Source: Squalus acanthias
Taxonomy: Eukaryota
Direction of reading: 5' to 3'
Length of the DNA: 64,000 nt
Assembly (NCBI GenBank): GCA_030390025.1
Contig: JASTWF010000088.1
Coordinates: forward strand, 992,001-1,056,000
Part shown: in pieces, positions 35,007 to 47,490 of the stretch
Layout of the letters: each line of letters starts with the position of its first letter
How positions within the stretch are numbered: the first letter of the stretch is position 1
Translations under genes and position numbers: made by a program
The notes under the pieces: model-generated
What the model was told of the DNA's origin: nothing
The model's input: only the letters and a program-made list of their open reading frames with translations
The model's database searches: none

Positions 35007-35099
35007 CGCCATAGTCAGTGTGGAGTGAGGAAAGGCTGGAGCCGAGGAATCAGAGCAAGGTCTTTAATTTATCATTGATCTAAGTTTTAAAAGTATAGC

Positions 35100-35680
35100 A
35101 TCCTGCAGGTAAACAAATAAATCCCTGATCGAAGAAAAAGGCGTGAGCGAAGTGGGAGAAAAATCGCAAATGACGTCACAACACAAGGCGGGTCAGCGGG
35201 GTATGTTACAGGTAAATATTTAACTTAATCTACCTGTACCTTAAACTAGATCAAGTAGTCAGTTTAAAAACTAAAAAATATAAGCTAAGTTGATTGAATA
35301 CTTAAACGTTAATTAAACAAATATATAAAACAAGGTTATATAGGGATGGTATTGCAGGAGGTGTGCCACAACTGTGGAGAGCATCACGATCCAGGACAAC
35401 CACATGTGTGGTAAGTTGGAATTCTCTGCCCCAGAGGGCTGTGAATGCTGAGTCTTTGCGTATATTCAAGGCTGAGATCGATAGATTTTTGGACTTAGGG
35501 GAATCAAGGGATATGGAGCTCGGGCGGGAAAGTGGAGTTGAGGTCCATGATCAGCCATGATCTTATTCAATGGCGGAGCAGGCTCGAGGGGCCGTATGGC
35601 CGACTCCTGCTCTTATTTCTTATGTTCTAAGTGTCTGCAACTCAAGGAACTTCAGCTCAGAGTTGTTCAGCTGGAGTCCG
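35100..35680 (+). mobile_element. Degenerate CR1 5' UTR/ORF1 start interrupted by a short CR1 3' end
   Basis: TGACGTCA-containing 5' UTR and ORF1 remnants (CSKCLQLKELQLRVVQLESEVQ) split by a CR1 3' segment ending TTCTTATGTTC at ~35625. Confidence 0.7.
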
Positions 35681-35883
35681 AGGTGCAGATATCAGGGAGG
35701 GTCACGAGTATCCAGTTGAAGGACGGGGAAAGCTTGCAAAATTCCATGTGGGTTATTTCTAAACTTACACACACGCTGCTTCCGTTCTCACTGCGATCAG
35801 CCAGGGTTCGGGAGTGACATACGGACTTGGAGTACCCTCTGTTGGCAAACAGTCGCTACTACAACACACAGGCTTCCCCTGAT

Positions 35884-36818
35884 TGTGCAGACCCTGAGTT
35901 GAGTCCAGTTTGTTCAGTGTGTGTAACTGTACAGTCCCGAAGTTGAATCCAGTTTGTACAGTGTGTGTAACTGTACAGACCCTGAGTTGAATCCAGTTTG
36001 TACAGTGTGTGTAACTGTACAGACCCTGAGTTGAATCCAGTTTGTACAGTGTGTGTAACTGTACAGACCCCGAGTTGAATCTGGTTTGTACAGTGTGTGT
36101 AACTGTACAGACCCCGAGCTGAATCCGGTTTGTACAGTGTGTGTAACTGCACAGACCCTGAGTTGAATCCGGTTTGTACAGTGTGTGTAACTGTACAGAC
36201 CCTGAGTTGAATCCAGTTTGTACAGTGTGTGTAACTGTACAGACCCTGAGTTGAATCCGGTTTGTACAGTGTGTGTAACTGTACAGACCCTGAGTTGAAT
36301 CCGGTTTGTACAGTGTGTAACTGTGCAGACCCTGAGTTGAATCCAGTTTGTACAGTGTGTGTAACTGTACAGACCCTGAGTTGAATCTGGTTTGTACAGT
36401 GTGTGTAACTGTACAGACCCCGAGTTGAATCCGGTTTGTACAGTGTGTGTAACTGTACAGACCCTGAGTTGAATCCGGTTTGTACAGTGTGTGTAACTGT
36501 ACAGAAACTGAGTTGAATCCAGTTTGTACAGTGTGTATAACTGTACAGACCCTGAGTTGAATCCGGTTTGTACAGTGTGTAACTGTACAGACCCTGAGTT
36601 GAATCCAGTTTGTACAGTGTGTGTAACTGTACAGACCCTGAGTTGAATCCGGTTTGTACAGTGTGTAACTGTACAGACCCTGAGTTGAATCCAGTTTGTA
36701 CAGTGTGTGTAACTGTACAGACCCTGAGTTGAATCCGGTTTGTACAGTGTGTGTAACTGTACAGACCCTGAGTTGAATCCGGTTTGTACAGTGTGTGTAA
36801 CTGTACAGACCCCGAGTT
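35884..36818. repeat. 44-bp minisatellite (GAGTTGAATCCRGTTTGTACAGTGTGTGTAACTGTACAGACCCT), ~21 copies
   Basis: Direct tandem units of 42-44 bp, each with an internal TGTACAGT/ACTGTACA inverted repeat. Confidence 0.95.
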
Positions 36819-39800
36819 AGATAGATAGATAGATAGAGTTGTACAGCACAGAAAGAGGCCCTTCAGCCCATCGTGGCTGCGCCGGCCATCAAGCCCTAAC
36901 TATTCTAATCGCATTTTCCAGCACTTGGTCCGTATCCTTGAATGCTATGGCGTTTCAAGTGCTCATCTAAATGCTTCTTGAATGTTGTGAGGGTTCCTGC
37001 GTCTACCACCCTTTGAGGCAGTGAGTTCCAGATTCCAGCCACCCTCTGGGTGAAAAAGTTTTTCCTCAAATCCCCTCTAAACCTCCTGCCCCTTACCTTG
37101 AAACTATGCCCCTTGGTTATTGACCCCTCTACTAAGGGGAAAAGTTCCTTTCTATCTACCCTATCTATGCCCCTCATAATTTTGTACACCTCAATCAGGT
37201 CCCCCCTCAGCCTTGTCTGCTCTAAGGAAAACAACCCCAGCCTGTCCAGTCTCTCTTCATAGCTGAAACGCTCCAGCCCAGGTAACATCCTGGTGAATCT
37301 CCTCTGCACCCTCTCTAATGCAATCACATCCTTCCTATAGTGTGGCGACCAGAACTGCACACAGTATTCCAGTTGTGGCCTAACTAGCGTTTTGTACAGC
37401 TCCACCATAACCTCCCTGCTCTTATATTCTATGCCTCGGCTAATGAAGGCAAATATCCCATATGCCTTCTTAACCACCTTATCTACCTGTCCTGCTGCCT
37501 TCAGGGGTCTATGTACATGCACACCAAGTTCCCTCTGATCCTCTGTCCTTCCTAGGGTCCTACCATTCATTGTGTATCCCTTGCCTTGTTAGTCCTCCCA
37601 AAATGCATCACCTCACACTTTTCAGGGTTAAATTCCATTTGCCACTGTTCTGTCCATCTGACCAACTCGTCTATCATCCTGTAGCCTGAGGCTACCCTCC
37701 TCGCTATTTACCACTCCACCAATTTTCGTGTCATCTGCGAACTTACTGATCATACCTCCTATATTCATATCTAAATCATTAATGTACACTACAAACAGCA
37801 AGGGACCCAGCACTGATCCCTGCGGTACACCACTGGACACAGGCTTCCAGTCACAAAAACATCCTTCGACCATCACCCTCTGCCTCCTGCCACTAAGCCA
37901 ATTTTGGATCCAATGTGCCAAATTATCCTGGATCCCATGGGCTCTTACCTTCTTGACCAGTCTCCCATGCGGGACTTTGTCAAAAGCCTTACTGAAGTCC
38001 ATGTAGACTACATCAACTGCACTACCCTCATCCACACACCTAGTCACCCCCTCGAAAAATTCAATCAAATTGGTTAGACATGATCTCCCCCTGACAAAGC
38101 CATGCTGACTATCCTTGATTAATCCTTGCCTCTCCAAGTGGAGACTAATTCTGTCCCTCAGAATTTTTTCCAATAATTTCCCTACAACTGATGTTAGGCT
38201 CACTGGCCTGTAATTCCCTGGTTTATCCCTACTACCCTTCTTGAATAATGGTACAACGTTAGCTGTTCTCCAGTCCTCTGGCACCTCCCCTGTGGCCAGA
38301 GAGGTTCTGAAAATTTGTGTCAGAGCCCCTGCAATCTCCTCCCTTGCCTCACACAGCAGCCTGGGTATTGACTTGGATAGAGAACTGGTTGACGGACAGA
38401 AAGCAGAGAGTAGGAATTCATGGGTCTTTTTCCGAGTGGCAAGCAGTGACTAGTGGGGTACCGCAGGGATCGGTTCTTGGACCCCAGCTATTCACAATAT
38501 ACATTAATGATCTAGATAAGGGAACTAAATGTAATATCTCCAAGTTTGCAGATGACACAAAGCTGGGTGGGACTGTGTGCTGCGAGGAGGATACCGAGAA
38601 ACTCCAGGATGATTTGGACAGGTTGGGTGAGTGGGCAGAAGCGTGGCAGATGCAATATAACGTGGATAAATGCGAGGTTATCCACTTTGGTGTCAAAAAC
38701 AGGAAGGCAGATTATTATCTGAATGGCAATAGATTGGGAGAAGGGGAAGTGCAACGAGACCTGGGTGTCTTTGTGCACCAGTCGCTGAAAGTAAGCATGC
38801 AGGTGCAGCAGGCGGTGAAGAAGGCAAATGGTATGTTGGCCTTCATAGCGAAAGGGTTTGAGTATAGGAACAGGGATGTCCTGCTGCAGTTGTACAGGGC
38901 CTTGGTGAGACCACACCTTGAGTACTGTGTGCAGTTTTGGTTGCCTTATCTGAGGAAGGATGTTCTTGCCATGGAAGGAGTTCAGCGAAGTTTCACAAGG
39001 CTGATACCTGGGATGGCAGGAATGACATATGAGGAGAGATTGGGTCGATTGGGCTTATACTCGCTGGAGTATAGAAGAATGAGAGGGGATCTCATCGAAA
39101 CATATAAAATTCTGACAGGTCTGGACAAACTAGATGCAGGAAGAATGTTCCCGATGGTCGGAGAGTCCAGAACCAGGGGTCATAATCTAAGGATAACGGG
39201 TAAGCCATTTAGGACAGAAATGAGGAAGAGTTTCTTCACCCAGAGAGTGGTGAACCTGTGGAATTCTCTACCACAGAAGGTAGTTGAGGCCAAGTCATTA
39301 AATATATTCAAGAATGAGTTAGATATATTTCTTAAAGCTAAAGGTATCAAGGGATATGAGGAGAAGGCAGGTACAGGGTACTGAGTTTGGATGATCAGCC
39401 ATGATCTCATCGAATGGCGGAGCAGGCTCGAGGGGCCGAATGGCCTACTCCTGCTCTTATCTTCTATGTTTCTATACATCTCGTCTGGGCCTGGGGATTT
39501 ATCCACTTTTAAGCCCGCTAAAACCGCTCGTACCTCCTCCCTCTCAATACTAATTTGTTCAAGTATATCACAATGCCCCTGCCTGATTTCTGTGCCTACA
39601 TCGTCCTTCTCCATAGTGAACACAGATGCAAAATATTCATTTAAAACCCCACCTACGTCTTCTGGCTCTACACACAGATTGCCACTTTGGTCCCTAATGG
39701 GCCCTACTCTTTCCCTGGTTATCCTCTTGCCCTTAATATACTTATAAAACACCTTGGGATTTTCCTTTATTTTGCCCGCCAGTGTTTTCTCATGCCCCCT

Positions 39801-41190
39801 CTTCGCTCTCCTAATTTCTTTTTTAAGTACCCCCCTGCACTTTCTATACTCCTCTAGGGCTTCCACTGTTTTTAGTCCTTTGTATCTGCCAAAAGCCTCC
39901 CTTTTTTTCCTAATCCATTCTCGTATATCCCTTGACATCCAGGGTTCCCTGGGCTTGTTGGTCCCACCCTTGACCTTCCTTTCTGAAAGACTCCCACCCG
40001 TCTGATGTGGATTTTCCTACAAGTAGCTGATCCCAGTCCACTTTGGCCAGATCCTGCCTTATCATATCAAAATCGGCCTTCCCCCAATTTAGAACCTTTA
40101 TTTCCGGTCCATCTTTGTCCTTTTCCATGACTACCTTAAATCTTACCGAATTATGGTCACTGTCACCAAAATGCTCTCCTACTGACACTTCTACCACTTG
40201 CCCGGCTACATTCCCCAGAATTAGGTCCAGTATCGCCCCCTCTCTTGTAGGACTTTCTACATGCTGGCTCAAAAAGCTCTCCTGGATGCACTTTAAGAAT
40301 TCCACACCCTCTAAGCCTTTCACACTCTGCCTATCCCAGTTAATATTGGGGAAGTTGAAATCCCCTACTATTATTACCCTATTATTTCTACACTTCTGAG
40401 ATTTGCCTACATATCTGTTCCTCTATCTCCCCCTCACTGTTTGGGGGCCTATAGTACACTCCCAGAAAAGTGCTTGCCCCCTTTTTGGTTTTATGTTCTA
40501 CCCATATGGCTTCATTAGAGGAACCTGCTAAGATATCATCCCTCCTTACAGCACTAATTGACTCCTTGATTAATATTGCGACACCCCCTCCTCTTTTACA
40601 CCCCCCTCTGTCTCGCCTGAAGATTCTATACCCCGGAATATTGAGCTGCCAGTCCTGACCCTCCCTCAACCATGTCTCTGTGATAGCAACAATATCATAC
40701 TCCCATGTGTTCATCAACACCTTCAATTCGTCTGCCTTACTCGCAAGACTTCTTGCATTAAAATAAATGCCATCCAGTCTTGCCATACTCCCTTGTGCCA
40801 TTACATATTTGCTCTGCCTTCCAGGCTGACTTGTTTTTTCTTCTATATTTGGCTGTGCATCACCCCCTACTATAGCTCCACTCGGTATCCCATCCCCCTG
40901 CCAAGTTAGTTTAAACTCCACCCCACCCCCCCGCCCCGCCTACAGCACTAGCAAACCTATCCGCAAGGATGTTGGTCCCGTTCCGGTTCAGGTGCAACCC
41001 GTCCGACTTGTACAGGTCCCACCTTCCCCAGAAGCAGACCCAGTGATCCAGGAAAGTAAAGCCCTCCCTCCTGCACCAACTCTTTATCCACGCATTCATC
41101 TGCTCTATCCTCCTATTCCTATACTCACTAGCACGTGGCACTGGGAGTAATCCAGAGATTACAACCTTTGAGGTCCTGCTTTTTAATCCC
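36819..41190 (-). mobile_element. Long CR1 (end of ORF1 through ORF2 and 3' tail), frameshifted, split by a plus-strand CR1
   Basis: Minus ORFs 40911-41201 (esterase end DGLHL), 40388-40921, 39910-40323, 39180-39938 (part), 37628-38284, 36905-37570; (CTAT)n tail at ~36820. Confidence 0.92.
38363..39472 (+). mobile_element. 5'-truncated CR1 (RT C-terminal half and 3' UTR) nested in the minus-strand CR1
   Basis: Open frame in ORF 38317-39384 (WIENWLTDRKQRV...FADD...GIKGYEEKAG); host CR1 sequence resumes at ~39473. Confidence 0.92.
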
Positions 41191-41199
41191 CCCCCCCCC

Positions 41200-43960
41200 A
41201 ATAGCCCCTTGATTATCCATTATTGAGATGCTTTTAGTGTCTTCTACCGTGAAGACCGATACAAAATATTTGTTCAAGGTCTCTGCCATTTCCCTGTTTC
41301 CCATTATTAATTCCCCAGACTCATCCTCTAGGGGACTAACGTTTACTTTAGCTACTCTCTTCCTTTTTATATACCTGTAGAAACTCTTACTGTCTGTTTT
41401 TATATTTCTTGCTAGCTTACTCTCACAAGCTATCTTCTCTCTCTCTCTATCATTTTTTTAGTCATCCTTTGCTGCTTTTTAAAAATTTCCCAATCCTCTG
41501 GCCTTTCACTATTCTTTGCAACATTGTATGCCTTTGTTTTCAATTTGATCCCATCCTTTACTTCGTTAGCCACGGATGGTTCATCCTTCTCTTGGAGTCT
41601 TTCTTTCTCACTGGAATATATCTTTGCTGAGAGTTATGAAATATCTCCTTAAATGTTTGCCACTGCTTTTCTACAGTCTTACCCTGTAATATATTTTCCC
41701 AGTCCACATTAACCAAGTCTGCCTTCATGCCTTTGTAATTACCTTTGTTTAAGTTCAGGACACTAGTTTGAGACCTAGCTTTCTCACCGTCAAACTGAAT
41801 TTGAAATTCTACCATGCTATGATCACTCTTCCCAAGAGGATCCTTCATTTCGAGATCATTAATTAATCCAGCCTCGTTACACATTACCAGATCTAAAATA
41901 GTCTTCTCCCTGGTTGCTTCCACAACATATTGTTCCAAGAAACCATCCCGTATACACTCTAAGAACTCTTCCTCAAGTCTACCTTTGCCAATTTGCTTTG
42001 TCCAATCAATATGAAGATTAAAATCTCCCATGATTTTTGTCATACCTTTCGTACAAGCCTCTATTATTTCTTGATTTATTCTCTGTCCTACAGTGTAGCT
42101 ACTGTTTGGGGCCCTGTAGACCACTCCCACCTGTGACTTTTTACCCTTATTATTTCTTATCTCCACCCAAACTGATTCTACGTCTTGATCTTCTAGGCCA
42201 ATATCATTTCTCATTACTGCACTGATCTCATCCCTTATTAACAGAGCTACACCACCTCCTTTTCCTTTCTGCCTATCCTAATGAAATGGCAAATACCCCT
42301 GAATATTCAGTTCCCAGCCTTGGTCACCTTGCAACCACGTCTCTGTTATGGCTATCAGATCATACCCATTTATTTCTATTTGTGCTGTCAACTCATCTAT
42401 CTTGTTACGAATGCTGCGTGTGTTCAGATATAGAGCTTTTAATGTTGTCTTTTTACCATTTTTCCCTATTCTGACCCCTCTTTCTGATGCACTCTTGTGT
42501 ATACGCTCTGTCCCTTCCTGTCACATTCTGGTTATCATTACCCCTATCGCTACCCTGCACTTTTGCCTTCTCATTTTTCTTTGACTTTTTACATTTCCAC
42601 TCAGCGTATCCCTCCCCCCACTATTTAGTTTAAATCCCTATCTACAGCCCTAGTTATTCGATTCGCCAGGACACTGGTCCCAGCCTGGTTCAAATGAAGC
42701 CCATCCCGACGGAACAGCTCCCTCTTATCCCAGTACTGGTGCCAGTGCCCCAGGAATCAAAACCCATTTCTCCCACACCAATCTTTGAGCCACTCGTTCA
42801 TCTCTCTGATCTTATTTACCCTATGCCAATTTGCACGTGGCTCAGGTAGTAATCCAGAGATTATTACCTTTGTGGTTCTGCTTTTTAATTTAGCCCCTAG
42901 CTGCTCATACTCCCTCAGCAGAATCTCTTTCTTTGTCCTACCTATGTCGTTGGTACCTACATGGACCACGACAACTGGATCTTTCCCCTCCCACTCTAAG
43001 TTCCTCTCCAACCCAGAGGAGATGTTCTTTACCCTGGCACCGGGCAGGCAACACAGCCTTCGGGACTCACGCTCTCGGCTGCAGAGAACAGTATCTATCC
43101 CCCTAACTATACTGTCCCCTATCACTACCACATTTCTTTTTGTTCCCTCCACTTGAATGGCTCCCTGTACCACGGTGCTGTGGTCAGTTTGCTCATCCTC
43201 ACTGCTCTCGCCCACACAGAGAGTAAGAACCTCGTAACTGTTGGACAAGAGCAAGGGCTGAGGCTCCTCCACCACTACCTCCTGGTTCCCCATACCTGCC
43301 TCACTTGTAGTCACACCCACCTGTCCCTGACCACGGACCAAATTTGAATTAATTAATCTAAGTGGTGTGACTGCCTCCTGGAACACAGCGTCCAGGTAAC
43401 TCTCCCCCTCCCTGATGTGTCGCAGTGTTTGAAGCTTGGACTCCAGCTGATCAACACGGAGCCGAAGTTCCTCGAGCAACCGACACTTACTGCAAATGTG
43501 GTCACCGTGGACCTCAATGGTGTCCACCAGCTCCCACATGTTGCAGCAGTAACACATCGCCTGCCCTGCCATCTCTCATGTATTTAATTAACTAAGTGTT
43601 TAAGTTTTGAACGTTTAGTTTTTAATCCCAGCTCTTAATTTAAACCAATGCCCATAAAAGAGAGAAATACTGACCAACCAATCAATTCCCTGCTTTCCTG
43701 TGACATCACTCCTTGTTTTTGTTGTCAGGTCCGCTGCCTCTGCTCTCGGGCCTTCCTCTGCCGCGCTGTTTATTTGCTCCGCTCCCACTCAGGTCCTCTG
43801 CCTTTTCCCTGTGATGTCACCTTTTATTTTTCCCCGAATGCGGTTGGGGAGTTTCACAGAGCCGAACTCCTGCTGGTTCTCTGTCCCCTCTCGTGCAGAT
43901 TTTTAACTCATGCTCTCCTGGAGGCTGACAAAGATAGAAAAAGAAGAAAGGAGCACCTCC
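41200..43960 (-). mobile_element. CR1 5' half (5' UTR, ORF1, endonuclease), degenerate
   Basis: ORF1 42757-43572 (MAGQAMCYCC...GDS...HVGTND) with a premature stop; endonuclease ORF 41558-42214. Confidence 0.92.
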
Positions 43961-44019
43961 CTCCCCTCCTCTCCGAACTCCCTTACTCACCAAACTCGCA
44001 CATTTACACTCTGTTCCAA

Positions 44020-45378
44020 GCTGCACTTGGGGGCCTATAAACTACTCCCACTAGTGTTTTCTGCCCCTTGTTTCTTAGCTCCACCCAAACTGATTCTACA
44101 TTTTGTTTTTCTGAGCCAAGATCCTTTCTCTCTCCTATCTTTATCCCCTCCTTTATTATCTGGGCTACCCCCCCCCCCCCCCCCCTTCCTCCTTTTCCGT
44201 TCTGCCTGTCTCTTCTAAAAGTCAAATATCCTGGAATATTTAGTTCCCAACCTTAGTCACTCTGCAACCACATCTCTGTAATGGCTATTAAATCAAACCC
44301 ATTTATTTCTATCTGTGCTATTAATTCATCTATTTTGTTGTGAATGCTTCGTGCATTCAGATATAGTACCTTTAGCTTTAACTTTTTTCTATTTTTCCCT
44401 GATGTCACTTTAGTCACTGGTGTCCTATGACCTTTATCAATCCCTCTGTCCCTTCCTGACCCACGCTGCTTATCTTTACCCAGATCACTACTCTGCTCTA
44501 CAGCCTTGACATTTCTCTTACTGCTTTTGAATTTACTCTTTTCTGAATCCTCTCACCCCCCTTTCATTAGTTTATAGCCCTATCTACAGCCCTAGTTATT
44601 CGATTCGCCAGGACACTGGTCCCAGCTCAGTTTAAGTGGAGCTCGTCCCAAAGGAACAGCTCCCTCTTTCCCCAGTACTGCTGCCAGTGTCCCACGAATC
44701 AAAACCCCTTCCTCCCACACCACTCTTTGAGCCACACATTTAACTCTTTAATCTGTCTGTCCCTATGCCAATTTGCATGTGACTCAGGTAACAATCCAGA
44801 GATGATTACCTTTGAGGTTCTGCATTTTAATTTGGCCCCTAGCTGCTCAGACTCCCTCAGCAGAACCTCATTCGTAGTTCTACCTATGTCGTTGGTTCCT
44901 ACGTGGACCACGACCACTGGATCCTCCCCCTCCCACTCCAATTTCTTCTCCAGCCGCGAAGAGTTGTCTTTAACCCTGGCACCGGGCAGGCAACACAACC
45001 TTCGGAACTCCCGGTCGCGGCTGCAGAGAACAGTATCTATCCCCCTGACTATACTGTCCCCTACCACAACTACATTCCTTTTCACTCTCTCTCTCCCCCC
45101 ACCCCAATTGAATGGCCTCCTGCACCATGGTGCCATGGTCAGTTTGCTCATCCACCTTGCAGTCCTCGTTCTCATCCACATAGGTAGCAAGTACCTCATA
45201 CCTGTTGGTCAAAGACAAGGGCCCAGGCTCCTCCAGCACTACATCCTGGGTCCCCATACCTTCCTGACTCATAGCCACACCCTCCTGTTCCTGACCATTG
45301 ACGAACTCTAAAGTACTATTTAACCTAAAGGGGTGTGACTGCCTCCTGCAACAAAGTGTCCAGGTAACTCTCCCTCCC
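44020..45378 (-). mobile_element. Second CR1 5'-region fragment (ORF1 and start of ORF2), frameshifted
   Basis: ORFs 44699-45199 (esterase), 44970-45401 and 44004-44225 (endonuclease). Confidence 0.9.
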
Positions 45379-45495
45379 CAGTTTAAAGAGGTATTTGCCA
45401 TTCCCTGGGGTCAGGGTCTAATCCCCAGTTTAAAGGGGATGTACCGTTTCCTTCTCACACTGATTTGGCGCTGATCTGTTTTACTCTTTTCCCAG

Positions 45496-45771
45496 TTGCT
45501 CCGCAAGTATTTCCTTCTGTGGACAAGGCATCAGGTATTAAACCGACCGAATTCTCCTGCCTCGTCACAGGCTTTTACCCTCGCGATATCAAAGTCACCC
45601 TCCTGAGAAATGACGAGCCGATTACGGACACGGAGTCCACTGGCATCCTGCCCAACCACGATGGTACCTACCAGCTCACGAGATGGGCTCAGATTGAGTT
45701 CAAGGATGGAGCCGCCTATTCCTGTCAGTATGAGCAGAGCAGCAAAGCAGGAGTAGAGATCCGAGACTGGG
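45496..45771 (+). CDS. MHC class I heavy-chain alpha3-type exon (C1-set Ig domain), probably a non-classical lineage; isolated exon
   Basis: Acceptor ttactcttttcccAG, donor G|GTAAGA, phase 1-1, 276 bp. Encodes (V)APQVFPSVDKASGIKPTEFSCLVTGFYPRDIKVTLLRNDEPITDTESTGILPNHDGTYQLTRWAQIEFKDGAAYSCQYEQSSKAGVEIRDW, with CxxxGFYP, LPNxDGTYQ and YxC motifs and the terminal W. Confidence 0.9.
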
Positions 45772-45819
45772 GTAAGAGAAACAGCGACTGCAGGGGCATT
45801 GTCTCTCTGTGAGTCTTAA

Positions 45820-47490
45820 TGATGTTTATAATCATTCTGCCTTCTAAAATGCATCACTTCACACTTCTCTGCATTAAACTTCATCTGCCATGTGTCTGCC
45901 CATTTCACCAGCCTGTCTATGTCCTCCTGAAGTCTGTTACTGGCCTCCTCGTTGTTGTTTACTGCACTTCTGAGTTTCGTGTCATCTGCAGACTTTGAAA
46001 TTATGTCCTGTATACCCAAGTCCAGGTCATGAATATTCATCAAAAAGAGCCGTGATCCTAATACTGCCCCCTGGGGGACACCACTCCATACTTCCCTCCA
46101 GTCTGATAAACAACCGTTCACCATTACTCTCTGCTTTCTGTCCCTTAGCCAATTTCGTATCCACGCTGCCACTGTCCCTTAATCCCATGGGCTTCAATTT
46201 TACTAGCAAGTCTATTATGTGGCACTTTATCAAACGCCTTTGAAAGTCCATATACACAACATCAACTGCACTACCCTCATCAAGTTTGTCAAACACTATT
46301 TGCCTTTAACAAATCCGTGCTGGCTGTCAATTTATTAACCCATGTTTTTCCAAGTGACAGTTAATTTTGTCCCGGATTATTAAAACATTAGCAAGAGAGG
46401 ATATAGGTGATCAGCAGAGACTCTGGTTCAAATTGAGGAATAAGAGAGGACATAAAACTAGAATGGGAGTTGTCTAGAGGCCTCCTGATAGCAGCAATGA
46501 AGTGGCAGAATGTATTAATTCAAAGATTAGAGAGGCTTATAGCAAAAGCAGAGTAGTTTTAATGATTGGGAAGAGCAGAATAGCTCAAGTCAGAAAGGTA
46601 GTGAATTTCTTGAGTGCCTTCAAGATAGTTTTCTGGAACAGTATCTTCTAGAACCAACAAGAGGGCAGGCCATCCTAGATTTAATAATGAGTCAGACATA
46701 GTTAATCTAACAATAAGGGAACATTTATCTAACAGTGACCATAATACGGTCAAATTCAATGTTAGGTCTGAAAAGGAGAAACGTAACAGTTACTAAGATT
46801 CTAGATTTTGGTACGGCTAACTTTAACGGGATGAGACAGAGACTGACGACAGCAAACTGGTCAAAACTCTTAGTGGGTGAAACTACAGAAGAACAGTGGG
46901 AGGTGTTCAAGAATGAATTCAGCGTGATACAGGACCAGTATATACTCCTAATGGACAAGAGCTCTACTTACCAAATGAAACAGCCATGGTCGACAAAAGA
47001 GGTGAAAGATAACAAAATTAAAAGAAAGAGCAAAGAATAGTGTAGATCCAGGGGACTGGGAGAGATGTAAAGAACAGCAAAGGAAGACGAAGAAGATAGT
47101 AAGAGCTGCAAAATGGAATATGAAGCGAAACTTGCGCGGGATATCAATCATAGAATGGTTACAGCACAGAAGGAGGCCAATTGAGCCCGTGCCGGCTCTC
47201 TGCAAGAGCACTTCAGCTAGTCCCACTCCCCCGCCCTTTCCCTGTAGCCCTGCAAAAGTTTTTCCTTCAGTTACTTATCCAAGTCTCTTTTAAAAACCAC
47301 GATTGAATCTGCCTCCACCACCCTCTCAGGCAGTGCATTCCAGGTCATAACCACTCGCTGCGTAAAAAAGTTTTTTCTCATGTCGCCTTTGGTTCTTCTG
47401 CCAGTCACCTTAAATCTGTGTCCTCTGGTTCTTGACCCTTCCGCCAATAGGAACAGTTTCTCTCTCTCTCTACCCCATATGATCAAGATT
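45820..47490. mobile_element. Cluster of old CR1 fragments (minus 45820-46380, plus 46380-47146, minus 3' end 47147-47480)
   Basis: ORFs 45816-46172, 46027-46296, 46735-47040 and 47271-47495 are CR1 ORF2 pieces. Confidence 0.85.

Noticed and set aside
35760-35860. Possible small minus-strand exon (GYSKSVCHSRTLADRSENGSSVC, donor GTAAGT) resembling a class I cytoplasmic tail
   Set aside because: Wrong strand and position relative to the alpha3 exon; similarity too weak to support.
35884-36818. TACAGTG in each 44-bp unit as a V(D)J recombination signal
   Set aside because: The essential first C of CACAGTG is missing and there is no credible nonamer at 12 or 23 bp.
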